A DNA stretch of 64,000 nucleotides from Camelus ferus (GCF_009834535.1 NC_045698.1:15502001-15566000), one strand, 5' to 3'. Shown: positions 1 to 13,239, counted from the stretch's first letter. A program made the numbers and translations. The notes: generated by a model not told the origin, from the letters alone.

Positions 1-897
1 TAAGGCAGGTGAAGTTCACACAGAGTTCTCATGAACCGTGACAAGGCAGAGTGCAAGGAAACCATTGTCTCCAGACAATGGTTTAGACACGTAATTTTAC
101 TACATGTGTTAAATATTTCAAAGTAGGGAACAACGTGTGTTGTTTAATCTTAACTGTTTCCCAGACTCATTTGTCATTCCTTCCTTGTATTTACTAGCAT
201 CCACTGCTTTTCCTGCCCTTGCTATATCCACAATCAGTCCTGTTCTTAATGCAAAAAGTATTAAAAGAGTGATTACTTTGTGAAGGCAAGTACTCTTATT
301 TCACTCTTGAACATAAAAGAGTATCAGTCTTTCTCTCACCAGCACTGACTGAAGTGTCTTGAATCTTTTACTCTGAAGACTCTACTCTGAATTAATACGA
401 AAAGCGTGTTCAGGCCATAAAACATATTTACATAGTAGTTTATATAAAGAATTAGCTCAAAATACAAAGATGGACCCATGCTTTAATTTTACTCTGGAGT
501 TTTAAAACACTAACACATTTTTTAAAGCTGAAAAGAGTAAGTATCATAGTGGAGGGGGTTTTACTTAGGATATAAGCTTGAAGATTATAATCTTTAAATA
601 AAAGGTGTAACTGAATTCAGTGAGGTTCAGAAAGCTTGAGAAAGTGTCAGTTCTTCCAGTAACTTTTATCGGATTTCCCAAACAGAAGCTAGGTCAGAAT
701 CATAGAACATGAAATATCAGACTAATGAATATAAGGGAAAAAAAGAAAGGAGCTCATGCATGCGACTCATTCTCACTCAGTTGTTTGCATATCAGTTCTA
801 TAAATGCACAGGTAAACACAGAAAATGAAAAACAGAAAATACAGAAGAATAAAAATATGCATTTTTGACAATGCATATAAATAAAAAGACATGGATG

Positions 898-1025
898 CAA
901 AAGTTCTGGAGATGGACGGTGGTGATGGTTACACAATATGGACACACATAATGTCATCAAATAATACACTTTAAAATGGTTAAAGTAGTAACATTTCTGT
1001 TATGTATATTTTATCATGATAGAAT
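898..1025 (+). mobile_element. Old L1M (L1MB/L1MC-like) 3' end fragment
   Basis: aaagttctggagatggacggtggtgatggttacacaat...ttaaaatggttaaa...atgtatattttatca matches the characteristic L1M 3' UTR terminus. Confidence 0.75.
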
Positions 1026-2999
1026 AATTTAACATTTGTAGATTCTTTAAAATGTTGAGCTAAAATAGTATTATAATGCTTTCTCAGGTAGAGCTCTGAT
1101 TATTTAGAAAAAATCAACATATTATCACCACATGATGCACAAAATAGCACTTTTTACTTATCCAACTCAGACTGGATTTTGAATCATTTAGAGAAAAATT
1201 CAAATACTTTAAAGGAATTTTAAATGTAAATCAAGTCATGAGATCAATCATATATAGTAATGTTTGTTTTCCTAAATGGAATAATTCTATTAGCAATGCT
1301 ATGGAAATACTTAATCACCTCAATTTCATGTATCAAATAAAATATTACAATGCCTATGATTTAACATTTTATAGATTATAAATGCTTTCCTAATATATAA
1401 CAAACATTAAGTGTAAAGTATATATAATATAATAATATGCCAATTAGACATTTTAATATTTTATAAACATTCAGTATAATAAGGATAAATTTTATTTAAT
1501 GTTTTATAAATCTACCTACATTTCTGGGTTTTTAAAATACCATTTAATAATTATTTGAAGCATATACATGAATGATTGCAAATTTTAATTCACAATAATT
1601 AATCTCTTAGTTAAGCCAAATAATTGCCATATTAGCCAACTTTAAAGAGAACTATTATTTTAGGGCTTATGCCATAGAATTCATCAATTTATATCGCTTA
1701 TAAATAAACTTGCTGTGTTGATACCTCGGATAGAGATGCTAAGACTGCTTGTCAAACAGCAATACCAATAATAACATTTTAATATCTCATTCTAAATTAA
1801 TAATAAATGATGATATTTATTTCTTCATAAATATTTAGACACCAGAAGTTTTGATGAGACTCTTCCTTTAGAAATTATTTTAAACTCTATTCCACACTCA
1901 AATGTGGAAAATTTCAGATAATATTAGTTTTTCACGCATTTTATTTAATAATAGCAAAAGGAATCATGAAAGGAAGCTATATGGCTGGAACAAATGGAGG
2001 CTATTTCTGAGAAATTGCAATTATCCTTGATTTTTGATTTACTTTTCTCTACCGCAAGGTGATAAATTTGACAAAACATCTTCTTAATGGTTTCTGTGCA
2101 TGAAGAACTAGTTCTCATTGTATTAATGAAGTCCCTCATCATCCACTCTTTTCCTGTCTAGCGGTCTGGGACGTTGTTAGTATCAAGACTTCTGTCTCCA
2201 GTGAAAATCAATGCTTCAAAAAATCCATTCCATAGTTTATGCCAGAATTGTTTCATCTTCAGTTCTAAATAATAAACATTATATAAAAAATATAAATGCA
2301 CAATTATAAAAGCCATATTATGAATATACACACTTTTCTGGAAGACGGTACTTTCTAAAAGCATTAGGATTCATCTAAAGTTTGTGTTGAACAAATTAGT
2401 CAAGGGAAGAGCAAGTGTTTGATTCTTATAACTGCTGTCTGTCCAGCATTCATTTGACCAAAGCAATTGTATTTTGCACCCATGCTTTATGCTGAAATTC
2501 ATCTTTATATGATCTTTATCTTGCTTTTTTTTAGTTAGATATTGTCTCCATCTGTAGTTATTTTGCCAATAATAAATATCTGATCTTTCTTCTGCCACAT
2601 TTATTCTGAGTATAAACTCATTTACTCTAAAGAGTTAATTACTGCAACTCACTAAGTATATTCTAATACCAAGCCTCTTTCCTCACCCATCTCTACACAC
2701 CTTCCTTTCTTTTTCTCCCATCCTCCCTGTGAGAAATGCTCCTCTGAGGCTGAAGTGATCTAAGAGAACTATTTCATCAATTTGGAAAATAGAATTGTAC
2801 CAGAAAAATAACCCATAATGTCCCCATCTAATAAAAGGATGTAGATAATCTCTTCAGTATTTGTTTAAACATTTGGTCTATTGTCCAAACCTTCTTGATC
2901 CCTCTGCAGCTTTGTATGATCATAAACTTAATTGAATAACTTCCCCAAATTTTTATCAGCAATTTTTTCCCTTTTTCCACAAATATATGATTTTCTCAA

Positions 3000-3260
3000 A
3001 GGTAAACCACCACCACCACAAAACTTCCTTAAAACTTGTATTGTCAAACATTCTCTTCTCTTATCTTCACTGCCTACTTCTTGAAAATAATTTACATTGT
3101 AGGTGTAATTTCCCCATCACACACTCTTAACTTTCGACACTCTGGCTTTTGGTCTCTGAGCCTATTTCCAAACCAAAAGAGCTTCTTTGTCCTAAACTTT
3201 TCTGGACTTTCTTCAGCACTGACGTTCCCTTCTTAAAGGGAACGTCCTTACTACAACCTT
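3000..3260 (+). mobile_element. Degenerate L2 LINE fragment
   Basis: Pyrimidine-rich stretch with L2-like motifs (cactctggctttt, gtcctaaacttttctggactttcttcagcactgac). Heavily diverged. Confidence 0.35.
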
Positions 3261-4476
3261 CTCTTTTTTAGGTTTACAAAAGGAAGCAATTCCCAGCCTC
3301 ATTCCCTTAACATTTTGATGGCTTGATGAAGAGGGTGAGAAGTGAGGAAAGAATGGCAGATTCACTTGACAGAAAGTTTGCAGGTTCTTTATTTCCACTT
3401 AATTGACCTTTTGTTTACAGGCAACATCAATCCATGGTTAATTATTAATTAACCTATATCTAATTGGTATTCCAGATTTTAGCACACACTTTGGAGGAAG
3501 TATAAATTTTTAAATGTTTAATCCATTTGCACGTATAGTGTAGGAAGCAAATACCTCTTAAATTGATGTAGTTCTTTAAGGATCTATTTGCAAATTTTAA
3601 TAATAACTTAGTTTACTTTAAACTAATGTAATAAAGTTGAATTCAATATGCAATATACTGTAATGTGTTATATAAGAGTTGATAAAACAACTGTCATCAC
3701 GGAGTTTCTGCTTTTACTGTGACATGGAACACCTACTTTGATCACTGGTCAGCTTGACTGGATCTCCTTAAAAACTCTCCTCATTCAAAAACAGATTCTC
3801 TAGAAACAGGGGGTACTTTATTTCATTTTAAAGGGAATACAAACTCTTCCTGCGGGTTCACCTGCCTTCCTTAGATTCTATATGGGACATATATACTGGG
3901 CTTTGAAAACTGGAATTTAAATGGTTTGACTTAAAAATGAGTCTGGCTTCAAAAACACAGACCAGAAGAATGAGTGATCTTGGTGTTTAAAGTTTGTCAG
4001 CCCTCTTCTTTCCCCTACTGGAAGTATAAGTCTGTATTTATCCAAACTCACCATCCAGAACCCTTGATGAAGATAAGAAGAGAAGTTCCATAATCTTGGG
4101 TTGATAAGGCCCCAAACTGAATATTAGTGAACCCGACCAAGAACAACCCAAATAAAAAGCAATTTTAGCCAGAAGAAACAAAAAACGAATATGCCTGGAA
4201 TTCTGAAAATTTAAAGTAAATCATACAGAAAATTCCTAAATAACAAATTCAGACTTTGCACATACAGGTGAAAAAATTTATATTTATACCAATTTCAGTC
4301 CAAAGGACTTAGTTCTGCAGCAGCAAGGTAAGGTCCCATCTTCCTTTGCTTCATGGGCGGCAGCACATTGAATCTTTATTGCAGTGTTAGAATAGGCAAC
4401 TTCCCATGCCAAGATGTAATTAACATTTAAATATTTGAAGGGGAGGTGATAATGTTGTCTCTAATAAAAAAGTTAC

Positions 4477-4596
4477 CTGTCTTGGGATCAATAGAGAAAT
4501 AAGGTTGTCCCTGAAGAATGCTGTAAACGACTCTGGCACTGTTTCCATATGTTGGGTCATCTGCATCCGTGGCCTTGACCTGGAGCACATATGCAC
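4477..4596 (-). CDS. CDH12: Cadherin-12 internal coding exon (second extracellular cadherin repeat), 120 bp, phase 1-1
   Basis: Minus-strand translation (G)[39 protein letters not shown](G) has the A.DADD Ca2+-binding motif and matches CDH12 as I recall it ([18 protein letters not shown]). Acceptor tcttattttccAG at 4597-4598, donor GTAACT at 4476-4471. Confidence 0.95.
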
Positions 4597-4825
4597 CTGG
4601 AAAATAAGACAATATGACTCTAGCATCTCTGTTTTACAGAGCTCAAGGTCATGTCTTTTATCTTCTGGACTCCATTTTCCTTTGGAATTTGGCATTAGTT
4701 AATTCTGTGGGTATATGATGTCACTGAGAATAACTTAAAGATTATAACCAAAATGTTGGGCAACAATATTAGCTATTAATGCAAATGATGCATAATTTTA
4801 ATATCTTTTTAAAAGCTGGGTCCAT

Positions 4826-4929
4826 GGGGAGGGTATAGAATGAGTTCCTGGGTTTAATTCCCAGTACCTTTATTAAATGACTAAATAAACCTAATTACCC
4901 ACCCCCCCAATAAAAAAACATTAAAAAAA
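4826..4929 (+). mobile_element. tRNA-derived SINE (camelid vic-1-like), internally deleted
   Basis: Head ggggagggtatag, B-box-like gggtttaattccc, tail aaataaacctaattacc plus A-rich end. Perfect 15-bp TSD aaaagctgggtccat at 4811-4825 and 4930-4944. Confidence 0.9.
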
Positions 4930-7899
4930 AAAAGCTGGGTCCATTTCCAGTAGCTAGATTATTGACTTGAGAGTCATCACAATAGCTTTATTGATTTGGA
5001 CACCAAAGAAAACTTGACACAGCTTACATTAGCTCATCTGCTTATTGCAGATGCTTTAACTGCATGATTGAGTATCAATAGAAAAGCTAAAAGGTTTAAA
5101 GGCTTACTGAACTTTAAAGGGTGTAAGTAATTTGCAATTGCAATTTAAAAATCAACAATTACATACTAGCTTAGGAAGCCTTTAATTAGGATGGAATAGT
5201 TGAGAAAAAGAGGAACGGAAAATAATTGCAGTTCTAGCAAGAGAAGTATCTTTATGCCTCCAGACTGAATTAACCTAAGTGTTCACTGACATAGGAAAAC
5301 TTTAAAGGCAATCCAAATTATCTGTAGCTTTTCTCATTTTTTGATACTTGGCCATATTACTTATGTTCTAAGAGAATATGATGGGAGTTTTTTTCAGTAT
5401 TTTTGTCTTATATATTCATAGTCATAGTTAAAGTTTTTGCTAAGAACTTTTTGGGTATCTCTTCTTAATTTCCATACAATGTTACTATTCTGAGTTGCGA
5501 ACAAAGCAAAGTCAAAAGTATCAAATTTAGTATAAATAAAATAATAAGTCGCTGATGAAGGAAGGAAACGCCTGCTGATCATAAAGGGAGTGATATGTAC
5601 ATCCAAGCTTCTACAGTGGCCAGAACGCCCTTCACCTCCGGGAGGCATTCAGTATAACTGCTTACTTTTGAGAAAGCAGAGTTTCCATTCCATTCAGTTT
5701 CTCATTCAGGCTTTTCTCTTAAGTCAGTGCAAACTGGGAACAAGCTCAGTATTAGGTTTGCTCTAAAAGGTAAGAAAATGAATCATCTCCACCTCTACTT
5801 TTTTGTTAACTGAAGTGTTAGAAGGTGAAAAAAGTACAAAATCATAATTTTCGGCAGATGACAAATGCTTTATCTTAGGATGCACTGGTGAATTCTAGCT
5901 GTATCAACAGATGAAACATGCGGTTTATTACAACAGCCTTTCCCAGGAAAGTAAACTACTAGAAGGAAAGTAGGCAAACATTTCTAAGAGGGCAAGAGTG
6001 ATAACTGAGGCACCCACCATCATCCATCATCATCATTATTGTCATCAAAATATTTGCATCATCACTAGTAACTGACAAATAGGCACTGATAGGCATCAGG
6101 GACATGTATTAAAGATTCCTCAAAACCATGTCCTCCTTAATGCTGTAGGCATGAACAGTTGCAAGAGTAAATTCCCTTCTTTCCTTTCGTCTTCTGAGTA
6201 GCAATTTTTCCCCCCAGAAAAATCACTCACCTGAATCTTCATTATCACTTCATCACACATATGTAAAGTCTACAAACACTCAATAATGCCCAATTCTAGA
6301 CACAAATATTGCAGTTGAAAAATCTGTAAATTGTTTTACTTTGGGGATATCTTTGAAGAAAATGCTTATCTTCTAGAAAATATGTAGTAACAAATTTCAT
6401 AAACTTTTATCTGTCACCATAGGCTCAATGCAAAATAGAAAGATGAATTAGATAGTATCTTTTCTTTTACATTTTTGTTGTTAATATTAATATGAACCTT
6501 CATTAAGAAGGCAGAAAAATATTGTCTTCCAAATGTATATTAAATTTTTGTTAATCACTTTTAAGCCCAAATGTTAAAGGAGTGAATTGAGAAGTATTCC
6601 CATAAGTTATAAAAGCAGCAAATATGCATAATTCGATTTCACTTTGTCCAACTGTAAATGATCCAACTCAACTGGGTAACCAAAATAATGGCACTTGTTT
6701 TAACCGCAGTATCATATATAGTATCAAAAATGGTCATCTGCTCAGCTACAGTAGAGATTAACTCTGGTTTAGTGAAAAAGCAGATTCCAGTGTAAGTTAT
6801 CCACGAGTACTTAGAGCTACCTCTATAGGTGTTTACAAAAATGCAGTTAAACATTATTACATCAGCTTTTTTGCTGGCTGTTCCATGGCTTTCACCAAAC
6901 TAATGCAAAAGAGAGATTTCATAATCTCTTCATTAAGAAGACTCAATGATTTTCTGAAGCAGATACATCTCCAAAGACCTCCTTCCTCAGTGCTTGCAGA
7001 GCGCACCAGTTCCTGACACTACTAAACATGAAGTACCCAAGAGGTAGGAGCAGGAGGTTGTGGTTGGGAGCATGTTTAGTGTGAAACAAGGAAATAACAT
7101 AGTCAGTGACATCCACAAAAACAGGAGTGGTGTTCTTGTGTGTAGCAGTCATCCTGGAGTTTGTTCTCCTATCACTCAAATCCAGGTGACAATGGAATCA
7201 CTCTAAATGTTGATGATCAGAGAGATTGTAACTCGCAGGGAAACCATTCCTTTACAATCAGCTGGAGATGAAGTTCAGAATGTGCAATCGAGAGAATTGG
7301 ATCACGTCAACTTTCCACGTAACACTGCTCTGATCAGCAGTAAATTAATTAGTGTAATTTTAAGTAACAGTTAAAGCTAATATTAAAACAATTATTTGAT
7401 AGTAATAGTTCAATTCTAAATTTTAAGTGGTCAAGGAAGAGAAAAGTAGATCACTCATTGAGAGTTATATAATCCTCATGAATGAAGAACAGGCATTAGG
7501 AGAAGCCCATGCGATATAAACCACAAACTAAATAAGGTTTTCATTAAAACACCTAGATAGCTGTGAGTTAGAGTTCAGATAAGAACCAAATTAGATATCA
7601 GTTTAGTATACACAAATGTATATACTAAAATATATTTGAAAAACTAACTCCAATAAACCTTTATACCACCATAAAATTCTGAATAAAAAACTTGTTAAGA
7701 ATACATTGCCCACATGAATTAAATTAGTCAATATTCTTTAACCATTTTTCTTGAAAACACCAATAAAAGGCATAGCATTTGATTTAGTATTTCTGATTTG
7801 AGAATTCATACACATGTCGACTTTGATCAGGCATAACCCATACACAAACACACAGAGTAGTGTGACGGTTTCTAGGGACTTCTCTCAAAGTTACTAGCA

Positions 7900-8310
7900 T
7901 GTATTCATCCATTCAGTTAGTTATTCTTTTAACAAATATTCACTGGTTTCCTATGACATGCCAGGCACACTGCTCAGGGTGCTAGGAAAACACAGTAGAA
8001 AAAATTGAGGGACCCACCCAAGTCCTCAAGAATTCTATCTAGAGGGGAATGGTAAGAGAAGCAGATTTTAAAATAAACAAATATATAGATGTAGTTGTAG
8101 AGAGCTATATAGCTATAAAGACAAAGATACAGATGTAGATATAAATGTAGAGAGCTATGATATCTCATTATGGTGAGTGCTAAGAAATACACTGAAGCAG
8201 TGTAAGGAAGTAGAGAGGGAAAGATGAGGGGCTGTTTCATATAGCGATCAGGAAAAGCAAACTTTAGGAGATCTCATTTATGTGGAGACCTAAATAAAGT
8301 GAGTTGTTCT
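7900..8310 (-). mobile_element. L2 LINE 3' end
   Basis: attcatccattca...aacaaatattcactg...tgccaggcacactgct...ggagacctaaataaagtgag is the reverse complement of the L2 3' terminus. Confidence 0.75.
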
Positions 8311-8714
8311 TTTTCTTTCTTTTTTTTTTTGAAAACTCAGGCCATGTGCCAAGGCAGTTCTAGGTACAAAGATGTCCTGAGGCAGGGGGCTTGCTGAGCA
8401 TTGAGAGGGACCTCAGGGGCCCCCTCACTGTAGACTGAAACATGATGAAAAAGAGAGGTCATGGAGGAGACACCATTTTAGAACCTCTTTCAGGAATATT
8501 CCAGAATTTAGCTACCCTTCCAGCAACTATTCATCTCATTATAACTATCTATCTACTTAAACTACTAACCTATTTTTTCAATTTTTATTTACATGAAGGA
8601 GATGAAACTACTCACGTGTTCTTGAACCTTACTTTCCTCAGTAAGTAACATACTGGGCAGACATGTTACAAAAGCATATAACCATTATTAAAGTAATAAG
8701 CACATCACCCTCAC

Positions 8715-9010
8715 TTTTAAACACTCTCCATTTGGTGGGCACTCCATTTAGACAATTTTGTGAGATTTTTTTTTCTTATTACAAACAATTTTGCAGTTAG
8801 TGAATTCTTACCATTGGGATCGCTGGGTCTAAAACGTATGAATTCAACATGTTGATAGATATTGAGGCCAAAACACTGCCTCAGTTTACATTCTTACCAG
8901 CCCAGCGTATTTTCCAGCATTCTCACCAGTCTTCATCGTTCCTGTGTTTATCTTTTCATATTAGGAGTGAACTCCCCCTGTGTTTATCATTTTTATTTTG
9001 TGTATGGGGG
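8715..9010 (-). mobile_element. Ancient L1 (L1ME-like) ORF2-end fragment
   Basis: tgggatcgctgggtctaaaacgtatg...tgatagatattg...cagtttacattcttaccagc...cattctcaccag are antisense L1 motifs. Confidence 0.6.
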
Positions 9011-9454
9011 AGTGTATGTAAGCTATATTCGCCTTCTTAACCTGTTCTGCTTTTGTAGTTTGTATCCATCTATTGGAAGTATCTTCACTAGCTTACATTG
9101 ACTTAGCTTATTAAAGATAAGTTTTTAATTTTGTGGTCACTGTAAGTGGTGTTCCTTTATGTGTATTTGTTTACCTATATCTGCATGTGTGTATACCTAC
9201 CTTAAAAATGGTATTTTACAACCGTGTTTGATGAGATTAGGAGGTTTAATTATCTCTTCTTCTTAAATTCTACACAATGAGCATGTGGATTCTGGAGCCT
9301 AGAGTTGGCAAGCCAGCTGTCTTTCATAATGCAACCACGCAAGGGGTACTTCTGCTTGCATGTGCAAAGTGTAATAGTTATTTATGCTTTATTTGATTTC
9401 ATTAAAATGAATATTATCAATGGAGATAAATTTCAAAAATAGTCTGAGATTTCA

Positions 9455-9590
9455 CAGTGTCTGCATTTCACAATCGAAGAATTGAGGCCCAATGATATTA
9501 AAGTCATTCTTATTGACACTGAAAGGCATTCTCGTACGAAATAGTAGAGAGGCAGGAGTGGAACTGAGCCCAACTGTCTCATGATTTCAG
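9455..9590 (-). mobile_element. MIR SINE fragment
   Basis: catttcacaatcgaagaattgaggccca...gaggcaggagtggaactgagccc resembles the antisense MIR core. Confidence 0.5.
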
Positions 9591-11439
9591 CTAAAGTGGG
9601 CAATTCATTCCTTCTTTCAATCAAAAAATGTTCAGTGGTCCCCACTAAACACCAGGTACTGCTCTCAACATACAATAAAAAACAATACACTACATAATAA
9701 TTTATTCTGTCAAACACCACTTCCAGCATGACAGGCTTCTATTCTATGTATTTTTTTTTGCATTTAGGTATTAAATAAGGAAATCTGCTAAAATACATTG
9801 AAAATATAAGTGGATTATATTGAATTTATGGCATATATATATATATATATATTTCCCAGATGTGTAAGAACATTCTATTCATTGAATATATTCTTTGAAT
9901 ATATTCTTTGCTTTTTCGTTACCCCTGCAGCTGTCTCAACTGGCTTGGATCCTCACTCTCAAGTGCAAGGTTCAAAAACATCTTATTGCTTCCTTGTCCA
10001 GTATCTTTTACACGGGACTGTCAGAGTCGTTGTCCCATAACACAAGATCATCATGTTACTCTCATTCATTAAAAAAAAAAAGTTAGGATTAGGAAAAAAA
10101 AAAAGCACTTCTAATGAGTTTCTATTCCTGTTGAAAGAAACAGTATCTAAATTCACTGATGTGCTATGAATAGCATGACATGAATGAGTTTCATTATCCT
10201 TCCCAGATTAACTTCCAGCTGCGCGGCCGAGACCCCGTGGAGTGACGGTACATACTCATTCATTGTTTATTTGAGGCTTTCACACCTCTGCACTCCCGCT
10301 CTGGTGAGCCTGCTACCTGTAGGCCATTTGCTTCCACCATGTGGGGAAACCCTACTCACTTCTGATTTCCCAGCTCCACTGCCACTTCTGTGAATCCTTA
10401 TTTTTCTGCTCCCAAGCAGAAATAATTTGTCCACTTCTCTGTCCTCCCACCAGCCTCAGCACATTTTAATTTTTTTGAAACTCTATACATCATGTGTTCT
10501 TCTCATGGACTACAAAGTGTTTTACATCAGCAGCCTTTCCACATTCGTTCTTTGTACATCTCACATCTGTAGAAGTAAGTCCCAAATAGATATTTATTGG
10601 TGAATACTTATAATACTCACATGTACACACAAAAACACAAACACTAAACACACAATATTCTAAATGGGCAACCTCACACCTCATTATGGCCTTTAGAGTC
10701 TTTTTTAAACAGTAAATTGGGAGTGTAACTTGTCTGGAAGTTCTAATGTACATCACTGTTCACATTTAAGAAAGCAGAATCAAAAATGAATGGTAATGCA
10801 TTTTTAAAAAAATCACATAAGCAAGATTTAGTCACAATATGGGGCACAAACCTAAGGGAAGTCAAGATAAATTTATTCTCTGAATAATGTTAACCCTTGT
10901 CAGGACTGATTCATAACACGATGAGAAATAAAAATTTAATGTAGCATATCATTTTCTCTTTGTCTTTGCCTTATGTATACACTGCATTATAACCAAGAAA
11001 TTATAACAATTCGAGTTTAGAAGTTATAGAATTATAAGTATACTCAAATTTGTGTTCAAACAGGATTGAACAATAAATGTACATTTTACAACATAAAGAA
11101 GACATTAAGCAGCAGAGAATGTAAAACTGATTTTCAGAATCAAGTCGGGTAGAGGGAGTAAATGAGTGTGTGTGCACACGCGTCACGTGCCATAAAGCCA
11201 TAGGATACTATAAGACGTTGAAACATGAGTTCTGCTAAAAGGGAGCTTAATTACAAAGTAAAATTTAGCACAGATGCACAGCAGGTACGCTCAGTCTTTA
11301 AAGGAACTGGGTCTTTAATCAATTTTACATTACATTTCACTGCACTGCTTGTGAACACTTGGCTCTTAGCTTCTGTCTGTGGATTCTCTTATATTTGCTG
11401 CTTAAAGTTGTAAATGGCTCCTCCGTCCTCTGTATCTGC

Positions 11440-11600
11440 AACCAGGAGGGAATATAGAGATATTTACAAGGATTATTAGGAACATGGATTTCTGGGGTCC
11501 GTCCTAAAGTCTGATTGAATTGTTTTTAGGTGTGGCAGATTTCAGAAATGCTTTATCTGAAAGTGGCTCCAATGAGCAGCCCTGGTGGAGGAGCCCAGTC
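11440..11600. mobile_element. MER5-like hAT-Charlie DNA transposon remnant
   Basis: atggatttctggggtccgtcct...ctgattgaattg...tccaatgagcagccctgg resembles MER5. Confidence 0.45.
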
Positions 11601-11679
11601 CTGCACAACTTCTCTAGCAGATTTCTCCAGTGAGGAGAGACTACGTCGCTTGCCATCATGTTCGCCATCTTCATCTTGG

Positions 11680-11885
11680 GAGTCATGGTGCCCACGCTTG
11701 AATCCTAGATCGACCACTCGCTAACTGTGTGACTTTGAGCAAATTACTTAACCTCTGTTTCAGTTTCCTCATATTCAAAAGAAGTGAAAAAAAAATAGTA
11801 CCTATTTTCTATCAGTATTAAATGAGTTAAAATTAATACAGAAATAGAATAAGGTTTTCCACATAGCATGTGCTATTTGAGTGTG
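11680..11885 (+). mobile_element. MIR SINE
   Basis: ttgaatcctag...ccactcgctaactgtgtgactttgagcaaattacttaacctctgtttcagtttcctcat...attaaatgagttaa is the MIR core. Confidence 0.85.
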
Positions 11886-13239
11886 TGTAAAATAAATAAT
11901 ACGTACTCACTGTTTATTCTCCTAGGGTGAGAAACTCTTAATGTGTAACACTAGTATGATTTCTATCTTCAAGTCCCATACCTTAATATTCAAATACTGA
12001 TCTGGATTTTAACTCCTATGTGTTAGAGAAATGTGACTTTGAGATGTGTGTTTAAAATACATTAAAATGCAAACAAGCAGACTGTGACGATATTGGAGTA
12101 CTTTATGAGACACCCAAGAAAGAAGAGTTACATACTTTTCAAATCTGCCTGAAATAATTAAAACTTTTAAGGATTAGAAAATATGTATGCCATTAAAAGT
12201 CGTCCAGAGTAGAAGTTATTCCCTCTTGAACTGTACTTCTAGGATCAGAACAGGCAATTGGTTTTTCTCTGCCCTCAAAGCTGACTCTGTTCAGCCTGGC
12301 CTCACAATCTTCCCTGGCACACGTAATGCTGTGACATCAACTTATAATTTGTTATTCAGTCAATGATCCAAAAGTACTCTAAGGTTATAAAACTTTCCTC
12401 CTAGATATGTCCTAAATATTTTAGACTATATATATTTACACCTTGTGATTCAAATGTGCTTTGATGGATAAGTGAATCCATTTTTATGAGCACTTTATCT
12501 CTCTGTTGTGTGCCAAGAATTTTAGACTGTGAACACCAATACAAATGCTAATGCCTGCTCCCGGTAACACATACTGAACCCTGACTTCAAGTGATGGTAC
12601 AAGAGTGCCTCTTTCATACTTAACGCAATTTAGAAATTATTTTCACAGATGTTGTCAGGAAATTTCATAAAAATCATGATGAAATGTGAGTTTGGAATTC
12701 ATTCACTCAGTGGCTCTCAGCTATAATTCAGTAGCTTTGTATTTCGGCTTGTAGCATCATATTTCAAAGGATAAAGAAATCACTTTTGATGCAGATGCAT
12801 TTAGCCAAGGTATTAAGGACCAGTTAATCAGAGTTTATTTGAAACAACACCCAACACACCCAAAATGATTTGTTTTTATTTGATCGGATGATTCTGCCAT
12901 GTTAAGAGTAACAAAGATTTATCTACCTATCTAGCCATCCAAACCATTTATCTGCCCACTCTCTCTGTCTCTCTCTGTCTCTGTCTCTCTCTACATATAC
13001 ATATCCATTTATAACTCTATCAATCTAGTTTTAGTAAAAGGAAAACTACAAATTACATATATATGTGTATATATATGTGGGGGGGGCGGGCGGTATGTGT
13101 ATTGGTGGGTATATAAACTAGAAGTCAGAAGTATTGAATCCTAGAACCAGTTCTGTAATTAGATGGATATATGATCTTTTGCAAATTATTTAAATTTTGT
13201 AAGGATAATAATGTAATTTTAGTGGATATGTAATTATAT

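Larger units (their letters stand above)
1..4476 (-). other. CDH12: CDH12 intron downstream of the 120-bp exon (partial)
   Basis: Begins with donor GTAACT on the minus strand (+ strand agttac, 4471-4476). The expected next cadherin exon (VIRTALPNMDRE-like) is not seen in 1-4476. Confidence 0.85.

Noticed and set aside
4420..4702. ORFs 4420-4695 and 4505-4702, and the flanks of ORF 4427-4612
   Set aside because: Alternative frames or intronic read-through around the real 120-bp exon. Cadherin similarity stops at the splice sites.
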